In this document: piece by piece, positions 27,575 to 39,049 of the stretch | Layout of the letters: every line of letters begins with the position of its first letter | How positions within the stretch are numbered: position 1 is the stretch's first letter | Assembly (NCBI GenBank): GCA_964016885.1 | Contig: OZ024743.1 | Span: 356,562,001 to 356,626,000, forward strand | Origin: Eledone cirrhosa | Lineage: Eukaryota | DNA: 64,000 bases | Direction: 5' to 3' | Notes under the pieces: generated by a model | What the model saw: the letters and a program-made list of their open reading frames with translations, nothing else | Database searches by the model: none | What the model was told of the DNA's origin: nothing | Translations under genes and position numbers: made by a program

Positions 27575-27796
27575 TAATAACAATAATAATAATAATAATA
27601 ATAATAATGAAATATTGTGTACAGTGCTCAGGTGCACTACAACTCATCAAAAAGTGTATGTATAGTACATAGGGTAATGTACAAACTTCAGGAAAATGAA
27701 CAGTGCATGAGTCATGATATACACATGTGTGCATGTGTATGGAAAGGGTACATCAGGTATAGTTTTGGCGTATTTCGGGAAGCATGAGGGTTTTAA
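27575..27796 (-). mobile_element. CR1-type LINE 3' end with (ATT)n tail
   Basis: Reverse complement of 51013-51222. Confidence 0.82.
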
Positions 27797-27964
27797 CGAC
27801 CCGACCATGAGACAGGTTGTACTGGGATACATGTTACCAGTAGCACCAACTGGTGACCTGAAATACACATATATATATATTCACACACATATATATATAT
27901 ATATACACATATACATATATATACACATATATATATATACAAAAATATATATATATATATATAT

Positions 27965-28313
27965 GAGGCACATGGCTTAGTGGTTAGAGCGAGCATTGGC
28001 CTTGCAATCGCAAGGTTGTGAGTTCAATTCTCAGACCGGGTGATGTGTTGTTTCCTTGAGCAAGACACTTTATTTCATATTGCTCCAGTTTACTCAGCTG
28101 TAGAAATGAGATGATAGGGACTGGGGTCGCTATTATTCCACTGCAAAGTGGTCGTGGAGGTGCCACGGCAAAATAGCACCCAGCACTCACTGTAAATGAG
28201 GTTGGTGTTAGGAAGGGCATCCAACTGTAGAAATAAAGCCAGAATCAGTTCCCGTCCCACCCTTGCTAGCAGGGAAAAGTGGACGTAAAATGAAATGATG
28301 ATGAAATGATGAT
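27965..28313 (+). mobile_element. Full-length CORE-type SINE, short-tail variant
   Basis: A/B boxes, CORE-like segment and tail CCCTTGCTAGCAGGGAAAAGTGGACGTAAAATGA. Confidence 0.9.
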
Positions 28314-28320
28314 ATATATT

Positions 28321-28517
28321 GCCGTGTAGGTAACACGGTAAAAACCTCCCAGTTCCACACTGTAAATGTGGTTGGTGTTAGGAAGGGCATCCAGCTGTAG
28401 AAAACCCGCCAGACAGTCCTATGCGAGCAAGACAACCACTCTTGCCTCAAGTGGGAAAACTCCCGTCCAAACCCATGCAAGCGTGGAATATGGACGTTAA
28501 ACGATGATGATGATGAT
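28321..28517 (+). mobile_element. RTE family-1 3' UTR stub
   Basis: Matches 25478-25678. Confidence 0.88.
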
Positions 28518-28528
28518 ATATATATATA

Positions 28529-28910
28529 TGTTGACTTGGAGAAGGCCTTTGACAGAGTTCCCCGTTCCATTATCTGGTGGGCCCTTAGAAAAGTAAGAGT
28601 TGATGAATGGCTTCTGAGAGCTATACAAGCCATGTATAAAGAAACAGTCAGCAAGGAGCATAGTGAAGAATTTAGCGTAAAAGTTGGTGTTCATCAGGGC
28701 TCTGTCCTTAGCCCCCCTCCTATTTATTATTGCCCTTGAGGCCATAACAGAGGAGTTCAAGACCGGCTGCCCATGGGAACTTCTATATGCAGATGATCTA
28801 ACACTCATAGCTGAATCGATGGCTGAACTACAGGAGAAATTCCAAACATGGAAGCATGGCCTAGAATCAGAAAGCATTAAAGTTAACTTGTCTAAGACTA
28901 AAGTTCTAGT
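28529..28910 (+). pseudogene. Internal RTE family-1 RT fragment
   Basis: [27 protein letters not shown] with a deletion and a frameshift; lacks both ends. Confidence 0.9.
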
Positions 28911-28923
28911 ATATTATTATTAC

Positions 28924-28954
<31 letters not shown>

Positions 28955-29444
28955 TATACATTTATATAATATATATACACTAGGATTTTTTCAACATGCT
29001 GATGCATGTGTGTATATGCATATGCATACATTTATATGTATGAGTATATCGAAAAAAAAAAGAAATTATGCCAGGTTAAATTAGGGATTGCCCTCTCTCT
29101 CTCTTGGCCTGCTGAAATTGCCTCTCACCCCCTCACTCTCTCTATCATATACGCTGGTCTCACACTCCCCGTCACTCCTTGCCAACCAAATATAAATAAG
29201 CCATGCTACAGGGGACTAAACCCAGAATTTGTCTCCTATTATTGATGGTCGCTTGTTCAGTTTTCTTCTACGAAATGTAACGTACATATCCATTTCTTCT
29301 CAACTCTCCACATTCGGTTCATTCATCTATATATCTTACAATCCCCCAGAATCAAAAAAAAATCGTATTCAAAATTGGCTTTCTATAATTCAGTTCTGTC
29401 TCACCGTTGTTCTAAAAATAATTCTGCTCCTCGCAAACTACCCA

Positions 29445-30944
29445 AAGACCGGCTGCCCATGGGAACTCCTATACGCAGATGACCTAACGCTCATAGCTGA
29501 ATCAATGGCCGAGCTAGAGAAGAAATTCCAAACATGGAAGCACGGCCTAGAATCAAAAGGCCTTAAAATTAACATGGCTAAGACTAAAGTTCTAGTTTGT
29601 AGGAAAGAAAATAAGGCGCCGGTCCCTTCCGGGAAATGGCCATGCTCAGTGTGTAGGAAAGGCGTAGGTAGAAATTCCATTTTATGTCCCAAATGCAAAG
29701 TATGGGTGCATCAAAGATGTAGTGGGATCACAGGTAAGCTAACTAAGAACACAGATTTTACATGTGGCCGGTGCTCTGGTGCAATAAGTAGCAGCAAGTG
29801 CCCACAAAATACTAGCTCTTTCAACTGCGCAGAGGGTTCTATAGAAATAGTGGACAGCTTCCGTTACCTGGGTGACAAAATCAACAGTGAGGGAGGGTGC
29901 TCCAAAAGTACAGTAGCTAGAGTCAGAACTGGATGGAAAAAGTTCAGAGAGCTTATACCACTATTAGCCGCTAAAGGGTTCTCCCTAAAAGTGAAAGGCA
30001 GGTTGTATGATGCCTGCATACGAACAGCAATGTTGCATGGCAGTGAGACCTGGGCATTGTGTGCAGAGGATATATGCAGACTAGAGAGAGGAACGAAGCT
30101 TGCATGCTCCGCTGGATGTGTAATAGTAATATACGCGAACGGCAAAGCATAAACGAACTAAGGAAAAAAAATTAGAAATAAGAGGGATCAGATGTTGTTT
30201 ACTCGAGAGAAGGCTACGTTGGTATGGTCACGTGATGCGCATGAAAGACGACAGCTGTATAACAAAGTGCAGAGCAATAAAGATAGATGGTAGCCACTGA
30301 GTAGGCAGACCCAGAAAAACCTGGGACGAGCTGATAAATTCCGACCTCACACACTTACACCTCTCCAAGACAATGTCACTGGACCGAGACCTTTGGCGGT
30401 ACTCAGTAACAGAGAAGACCCGCGTTACCTAAATACAAAGTAAAACCTACTACAGTCAGTAGGCATCTCTAACAAAATACACCCCCGTCCCACCACCCCC
30501 ACCCCATCCACACCGCCCCTTTCAATGTAAAGTTATGTTGGTGCCACAAAATCCAGGCCGAAACAAATGAGATCGTGTAGGTGTCACGAAAAAAAAAACA
30601 CACAGTCCACGCTGTAATGTGACCGTGTAGGCAACACGGTAAAAACGTCCCAGTCCCACACTGTAAGTGTGGTTGGTGTTAGGAAGGGCATCCAGCTGTA
30701 GAAAACCTGCCAGACAGTCCATGCTGTAATGTGGCCGTGTAGGCAACACGGTAAAAACCTCCCAGCCCCACACTGTAAATGTGGTTGGTGTTAGGAAGGG
30801 CATCCAACTGTAGAAAACCCGCCAGACAGTCCTATGCGAGCAAGATAACCACTCTTGCCTCAAGTGGGAAAACTCCCGTCCAAACCCATGCAAGCATGGA
30901 ACACGGACGTTAAACGATGATGATGATGATGATGATGATGATGA
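29445..30944 (+). mobile_element. RTE family-1, 5'-truncated, frameshifted; ~110-bp tandem duplication in 3' UTR
   Basis: [13 protein letters not shown] through the PHD-like region and FRYLG. 30611-30722 is repeated at 30723-30833; (GAT)n tail. Confidence 0.94.
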
Positions 30945-31317
30945 GCAAACACAGACACAATTACAAAAATACACACTCAGACATACACACAAACACACAT
31001 ACATTCATACAAATACACATACACACATACATACATAGCATAATAAATGGAATGCCTGTTGCTATCACCACCCCTGCCTTTCTTTTACACACATACATTC
31101 ACACAGGCACCAGATGTAAAGAGAGAGGAGTAGTATGAGGTAGTCAAACTACGCTCTATGTGTTCTGACAGAATCACAGACATATTTCTAGAAACCTCTA
31201 TTTGGTTCATCTTACTCAAATCAAATCATACTATTTCAAATGAAGAAATTTACACTGGAAAATATACTAAGTCAAAAGATTTTTTTGACAACTCGTATAT
31301 TCATGTTATATCCTTTA

Positions 31318-31525
31318 CCCTTTAGCATTTATATTACTCTACATTGACTACTGTATTTTCATGGTAAAGGCTTTATCTCTCGTAATATTGAATCTATAAG
31401 ATTTTGATATTATTTATTTTGAGAGCAGTACCTTAACATAAGTATGAGTGGCCGGTTACAGCCAGTTTGAATAGAAAGAGGTGAAGGAATTCTGGCTGGA
31501 TACAGCAGGTTTAAATGCTAAAGGG
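31318..31525. mobile_element. piggyBac-derived MITE (208 bp)
   Basis: TIR CCCTTTAGCATTTA/TAAATGCTAAAGGG; flanks TTTA and TTAA. Confidence 0.88.
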
Positions 31526-32168
31526 TTAATTTGATTACAAATTGCAGTCCAGTCATTGCTGAATTATTTATTCTTTATTTTCATATATAACTTATGAGCA
31601 TTAATTGATTATTCTTTATTTTACAGCTTTGATAATAAGTGGTGAAAAAATTGCAATTAGGACCATTTTACTCTACGCACATCTATCATGGAAAGCAATA
31701 TGAAATAAAGTGTCATGCTCAAGAATAGAATCCATTGACTGGTCTGGCAATCAGCCCCATGACCTTATGATCATGAGTGCACCATCCTAACAACTAGGAC
31801 ACATGGGGATGATGAAGACAAAAAAACGTTAGGAAACTTTCAACGCATAAATAAAATATTAGACTTGATTTTTATTCTGATATAGGGAACAATTACTTTT
31901 TCAACAATTCATCGACATACAATTTGGACGATATTTACTACCCCTTAATCATTGAGTTAATAGACTGGTTTTATGGTTGCTATTTCTAGCGTCATGAACT
32001 CGTCATATTGTCCTCGATATACAGATAATCACTTAGTTGGTAGAACTAAACATGCATGTAATTCATACACCATGCTGATTTAGTACAGATAAACTGTTTA
32101 CTAATAGGTGAATATTTGTTTTTTCATATATACTTCAAACGAAAACCTCAGATAAAAGAATCTTCTTC

Positions 32169-32208
32169 CAGTATTGACCATCTTAATTTATTAAGATGGT
32201 CAATACTG
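32169..32208. repeat. Perfect 19-bp-arm palindrome, 2-nt loop
   Basis: CAGTATTGACCATCTTAAT-TT-ATTAAGATGGTCAATACTG. Confidence 0.92.
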
Positions 32209-32800
32209 TTTCTCGATTCCAGAAACTGCAGCCAGGGAAAGGATGTGAGTGAAGCTTTCTTGGATTAGTTGGCTTTACTAACATTCTACCCGTTGGAGAC
32301 TTTGCATAAGTTATTCTATATATATATGCTTCTCTGATTTAGATATTTTTAGCTATCTCGTTATTGAGATGTTCAACATATTAGTGACAAATAACCATCT
32401 GTGTGATATATATATGCATATATATACACACACACAGATATATATATAGATATATATATATGTCCAATAAATTCAATTCGTCGCAACACTGATTCTCTTT
32501 TTTTCTGTGATATCATACTCTGCTCTATGAGAGCATCGAGTGCTCAAACGGCCTACCGCAAACGGACGCTTTAAGCATCCAACACCAATTATATATACAT
32601 ATATAGATACATATACATATATATATATATTTATACATATATACACACACACATATATATATATATTTATACATATATACACACACACATATATATATAT
32701 ATATATTTATACATATATACACACACACATATATATATATATATATTTATACATATATACACACACACATATATATATATATATATATTTATACATATAT

Positions 32801-32832
<32 letters not shown>

Positions 32833-32882
32833 TTATACATATATACACACACACACATATATATATATATTTATACATATAT

Positions 32883-32927
<45 letters not shown>

Positions 32928-32934
32928 CATATAT

Positions 32935-32966
<32 letters not shown>

Positions 32967-32978
32967 TTATACATATAT

Positions 32979-33029
<51 letters not shown>

Positions 33030-33033
33030 CATA

Positions 33034-34634
33034 CAGTGCCCCGCAAAAGTTTACAACACATTAGGAAAAATGCAGTTTTAGGTAGTTTTAATAAAGTTAG
33101 GGTAATGAGAATTTAACTACTGATAGAACATATGAGGCATTTAATGATACAATCATATTTTTTTTTAAATAAGGAAATAACTCATGAAGAAAAAAAAAAT
33201 CAATATTTTTATAACGCAAAAGTTTACAACACATTTTATATTTATCGCTTTTTTTCAAGAAAATTCTTAAATTTTCAGATTTAAAATTCAGTAGAATGTT
33301 CTAGATTAGGTTTAAGGTAACTTCTAAGGACTATTAAAAACATTACGTCATTATTTGTCTAACAACCATCCTGTAAACATTGACAACCGTCCTGTAAACA
33401 TTGACAATATGGGGAAAAATAAACTGATTGATCAAGACCTCTGTAAACGCATTGTAGACCTTCATACAAATAGTGTTGGTTATAGAAAGATATCTTGTCA
33501 GTTAAATGTGCTATTGAGTTCAGTTGGTACTATAATTCGTCACTGGAAATCTCATCATTCCATCTGTCCTCTAATTAGTTCTGGTCGTCCTAGAAAGATA
33601 ACGGAACGTGCAGCTCGGTTATTGGTGAGAAAGGTTGGCAACGAACCCCGGTGTACTCTTAAAAATCTTCAGGATGACCTAGAAGAAAGTGGAGTAAAAG
33701 TGAGCACAGATACAATTAGTCGTTCACTACATCGATATGATATCTTCTCGAGGTCTCCAAGGAAAACACCACTTCTTACGAGGAAACACGTTCTTCGTTG
33801 ATTAAACTTTGCAAATGAGCATCTCATCAAACCTGCGTCATTTTGGGAAGTGTACTTTAGTCGGACGAAACAAAAATTGAACTTTTTGGTCAAAATGCTG
33901 TGGCAAAAGTCTGTAGAAAGAAAGGTACTGAATATTCGCCGAAGAATACTATTCCAACTGTAAAATTTGGAGGTGGATCAATCATGGTCTGAGGTTGCTT
34001 TAGTGCCACAGGTGTAGGAAATATTTAAATAATAGAAGGAAGAATGGGTGGCACTTATTATAGAGGTATTTTGCAAAGGAATTTACATCAAAGTGCACAT
34101 TCTCTCAGCTTAAAGCCAGGTTGGCTTTTTCAACAAGATAACGATCCAAAGCATACTGCAAAGCTAACACAATCTTGGTTAAGTACGAATGGAATAAATG
34201 TTCTAAAATGGCCATGTCAGTCTCCAGATCTTAACCCGATCGAAAATTTGTGGAGAGAATTCAAAAAAGGAAACCCCAAAATATCCCTGAACTAAAGAAA
34301 ATTTGTTGTGAAGAATGGATAAATATTAGCCAAGAAACATGCAAGAAGTTTGTAGGAGGCTACTCCAAACGCCTACAGGCTGTAATTAGCAACAAAGGTT
34401 ACGCTACGAAATATTAAGAGATGATTTAATAAATGTGTTGTAAACTTTTGCGTTATAAAAATATTGATTTTTCTTCATGAGTTATTTCCTTGTTATTTTT
34501 TTTTAAATATGATTGTATCATTAAATGCCTCATTATATGTTCTATCGGTAGTTAAATTTTCATTACCCTAACTTTATTAAAAATACCTAAAACCGCATTT
34601 TTCCTAATGTGTTGTAAACTTTTGCGGGGCACTG
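33034..34634 (+). mobile_element. Full-length Tc1 element, IR/DR type (1601 bp)
   Basis: TA flanks. ~200-bp TIRs start CAGTGCCCCGCAAAAG, each with two copies of CGCAAAAGTTTACAACACATT. Confidence 0.96.
33409..34417 (+). pseudogene. Tc1 DD34E transposase with stops and frameshifts
   Basis: Paired-like [24 protein letters not shown]-34 aa-E ([11 protein letters not shown]), terminal GYATKY*. Confidence 0.95.
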
Positions 34635-34639
34635 TATAT

Positions 34640-34673
<34 letters not shown>

Positions 34674-34801
34674 TTATACATATATACACACACACACATA
34701 TTTATATATATATATATATTTATACATATATACACATATATATATATATATATTTATACATATATACACACACACACATATATATATATTTATACATATA
34801 T

Positions 34802-34833
<32 letters not shown>

Positions 34834-34841
34834 TTATACAT

Positions 34842-35235
34842 GGAGCTACATGGCTTAGTGGTTAGAGCATTGAGCTTGCAATCGAAAGGTTGTGAGTTCA
34901 ATTCTCAGACCGGGTGATGTGTTGTTTCCTTGAGCAAGACACTTTATTTCACATTGCTCCAGTTTACTCAGCTGTAGAAATGAGATGATAGGAACTGGGG
35001 TCCCTATCATTCCACTGCAAAGTGGTCGTGGAGGTGCCACGGCAAAAAAGCACCCAGCACTCACTGTAAATGAGGTTGGTGTTAGGAAGGGCATCCAGCT
35101 GTAGAAATCAAGCCAGAATCAGTTCCTGTAAGAGCAAGACAAGGTCAACCTACTGGACACTGCTCACAACAGGACAACTCATCTAACCCATGCTAGCATG
35201 GAAGAACGGACATAAAACAGTGATGATGATGATGA
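34842..35235 (+). mobile_element. Full-length CORE-type SINE with RTE family-2-like tail
   Basis: Same structure as 21205-21595. Confidence 0.9.
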
Positions 35236-35246
35236 CATATATACAT

Positions 35247-35298
<52 letters not shown>

Positions 35299-35676
35299 TT
35301 TCTGAATTTGTTTAGCAAGATTCTTTATCTGAAATCGTGTGTTGAAACCGATATTGTTATACTTTGGGAGGGTCATGTTGCCAATAAGAAACACACGCAC
35401 CAGTTGCTTTCACTTCAATTTATTATATATTTATAAATTTATAAATTTACAAATCTACAAATTTATAAATTTTTGGTTGGTTGGTTGGTTCCACAACCAG
35501 ATAGTTGTTTATATATAGTCATAGTCCTTTCGTCACACACTCTGTGACCTCTTCAGTGACTGGGGATTCCTTTCTTTGTTTCTGTGCCTTTCCTTTCTTC
35601 TGTCCTACGCCATTTTATTTCTGTGTGTGTAAATATATATATATTTATACATATATATATATATATATACACACAT

Positions 35677-36321
35677 ACATACATTGTGAAGGGGTAGAAT
35701 CCCAACCATTTCAACATGCTTTCCCCAACTTGATTGTTCGCTTGAAAGTACTTGTAGAAATTTAAAAAAGATAGTGGATTGATCTGACTTCAAATGTTTC
35801 ATTAAAACTTTGGTGACTTTGGGATTTGGACTACTCTACATAGTCACTATACCATCACACAATACCATTTTAATAATTGTTTCTACTTTTGGCACAAGGC
35901 CAGCAATTACCCAGTGTATTACTAGTACTTTATTTTATCGACCCCGTAAGGATGAAAGGAAAAGTGAACCTCGGCGGGATTTGAATTCAGACCGTAATGG
36001 GACGTAACTGAGTTCAAATCCCGCCGAGGTTCACTTTTCCTTTCATCCTTACGGGATCGATAAAATAAAGCACCAGTAATGTACTGGGTAATTGCTGGCC
36101 TTGTGCCAAAAGTAGAAACAATTATTAAAATGGTATTGTGTGATGGTATAGTGACTATGTAGAGTAGTCCAAATCCCAAAGTCACCAAAGTTTTAATGAA
36201 ACATTTGAAGTCAGATCAATCCACTATCTTTTTTAAATTTCTACAAGTACTTTCAAGCGAACAATCAAGTTGGGGAAAGCATGTTGAAATGGTTGGGATT
36301 CTACCCCTTCACAATGTATGT
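35677..36321. repeat. 645-bp palindrome (314-bp arms, 17-nt spacer) with head-to-head SINEs at the centre
   Basis: 35677-35990 is the reverse complement of 36008-36321. About 6 mismatches, all within the inner ~80 bp. Confidence 0.97.
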
Positions 36322-37334
36322 GGTAAGAGGCATCAGACAATCTGATTTTAGATATATACAAGGCTGATCTGGAGCTAAAAAATAACAGCCACTACAACAA
36401 TACATATTCAGTGAGATGTGGTCTCTCATCCTCTCTAGGGGGTCAGTAGCTCCAATTTAGTAGTAACATGATCAGTAAGCATCCATTCAACCTATGCCAG
36501 CAGAGAAAATGAGCATAAAATGGGATTAGGATGTTTGTTTCTCTTTAAAATAAATCAAGTCAAAATGTCTGGACTGGCCATTGGGATTCTACTTCTTTAC
36601 TATATCCACCCTGCATCCTATCATGCATTGAGTACATCCTAGAGTGTGGTCATTATGGTTCTACAAATTGTAGACACTCCATATATATATAAACACACAC
36701 ACAAGCATACATACATATGAAGTAACCAAGCTGAAACTTTGAACTCACTTTTCAACTTTAAAAAATATATTTTTACACTCTAGCTACCAGTATTAAGTGC
36801 ACAATCAGTTAATGTTTGAATGGTTTAAATACTATGGTATTTTAAACACACATTCTAATGCATACACAGATACATATATATATATGTATATAAATATATA
36901 TATACACACACAAACACACACACATATGTGTGTGTGATCTCAGAGTTGGTACAACCATTAGTGACCATTAGTGAACAAATGCTCCAAATGCAATGTTTAA
37001 TAATCACCAAGAGTATATTACTCTCACCTTTGCCCACCAATTGTCTCCAAATAATTTCCATTATGATTTCTCCAAGAGGCAGTTTAGTTACAATCTTGCT
37101 CTTTGACCATTTGCTTAGCCAATATTTCTTCAACCTCCCTCCCACACACTACCACCACCAATACAACCAACAAAACCAACCACACCACCTCACTGCAAAT
37201 ACCTAATACCTGACTGGTTGACTGCCTGTCTGTTTGTGTGTGTGCAGCTTACACAAACTCATGCTCCATCTTCCCTTCTCATCATATTTGCTCCCACCCT
37301 CCTAACAAACTTGCTTGAAGTATTGGCACTGTGT

Positions 37335-37395
<61 letters not shown>

Positions 37396-37534
37396 TCAGG
37401 ATGTTTTGTTTGAGGGTAGAGAGAGAGAGAGAGAAAAGCCCAAAACAAGAGAAGAAAGAAAAGCTGAACCAGCGATTTTGCCACCCACTGTCTCAAAACA
37501 CCCAAACACACTCCCACCACTTTATGCACATACA

Positions 37535-37865
37535 CACACACATGCAATATCCATAATACACACACAAGCATGCATGAGGACATCCACAGTACAAACACAC
37601 ATACACACTCATACATATAGACACTAACATCTACACACACACACAAGCATGCAATATTCACAATACACACACACACTAACAATAAACATACATAATCATG
37701 CATGCAAATATCCACAATACAAACACACATATACACACACTAACACATAGAAGCTAACATATAAACACACAAGCATGCAATATCCACAATGCACACACAA
37801 GCATGCATGCTTTAATCCACAATACACACATACACACACACACAAGCATGCAGTCATCCACAATT
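37535..37865. repeat. Degenerate CA-rich minisatellite
   Basis: About 6 copies of (CAAG)CATGCAATATCCACAATACAC embedded in (CA)n. Confidence 0.7.
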
Positions 37866-38362
37866 TTTCCAAGCATGAAACAGCCAGTTTAGTGTGGTAG
37901 GGTAAAGACAAAGTATGTGTGTGTGTGTGTATGCATGTGTGTGCGTGTATATATATATATATATATACATATATGTGTGAATGTGTGTGTGTATGAGTGC
38001 ATGCATTGGTGGAGAGGGTATAGAGGAGAGATAGGGAGGACAAGAGAGAGGGAGGGAGGAAGAAAGAGAGAGAGGGGGGGTAAATGAGAGAGAGATGGGT
38101 GCTGTTTATACAGAGCTGACAAGTTAGCCTACTCTATGCTGATCTTAATCTAGCTTATTGATCAACTTTATTCTATTAGCCACTCACTTAACATATTAAT
38201 CAGTTGTACAAAGCGGGCAGCGATAAGTTTTAATCAAATACCTAAACGCATATTACATAAATATGCATCACCACTCACCTCTTCCCACTCACCACTACCA
38301 GCCCCCCCCCCCCCTCTCTACCTACATGTATTTATCCCCCTCTCTCTCTCTCACACACACAC

Positions 38363-38409
<47 letters not shown>

Positions 38410-39049
38410 TTACTCAACTCACATTCATAATTACCTACCATTACTTTTAACTTAATGATAGAACAAAAGTTCTTAAATGGCCTGTTTTGAAAACCTTACA
38501 TGGAAAGACATTAACGAAACAATGTATGTATATATGTATGTGTCGGTATATTTACATGTTCGGTTCTCTGTGTACGTTTCTGTGTGTTGTCTCTGTGTGT
38601 ATGTGTAAGGAGATGGGAGGGTAGAGAGAAGGGAAGGGAGGATGTTGGTGGTGGAGATGTTGTTGTTGATGGGAAATTGGACGATTCTTTAATGGATATC
38701 TTTGAAGTAAGCACAAATGTAGAAAAGGCAAACTGTGCCGGGGAGTGAAGGAAAAGGTGGAGGTGATGGTAGTTGTAGTAAAGGTGGGGCAGTACAGCTG
38801 GTGATAGCGACAGTGGAGGGGATAGCAGTGGTGGTGGTGGAGGGGCAGGGTTTTTAGTTAGCTGCTTTATTAGTTTCATGTCTAGCAATGAGTGCAGTGC
38901 ACACACTTAAGCTTACTCTTCTCACATGCACATTAACCATTTGAAGGTCATAAACACGACATATTTCAGCCCCCAGCGTTTTCCAAATCACACAAATTAC
39001 CCTTGAAAGGAACCCTTCTGAATCCCACCTCATTATTATTAATATCATT

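Noticed and set aside
29229-29444. Hydrophobic N-terminal extension fused to RT
   Set aside because: Non-ATG start in unrelated flanking DNA; the downstream LINE is frameshifted.
35810-36188. Pair of near-identical opposite-strand ORFs (MVTLGFG...)
   Set aside because: By-product of the palindrome; non-ATG starts running into SINE sequence.
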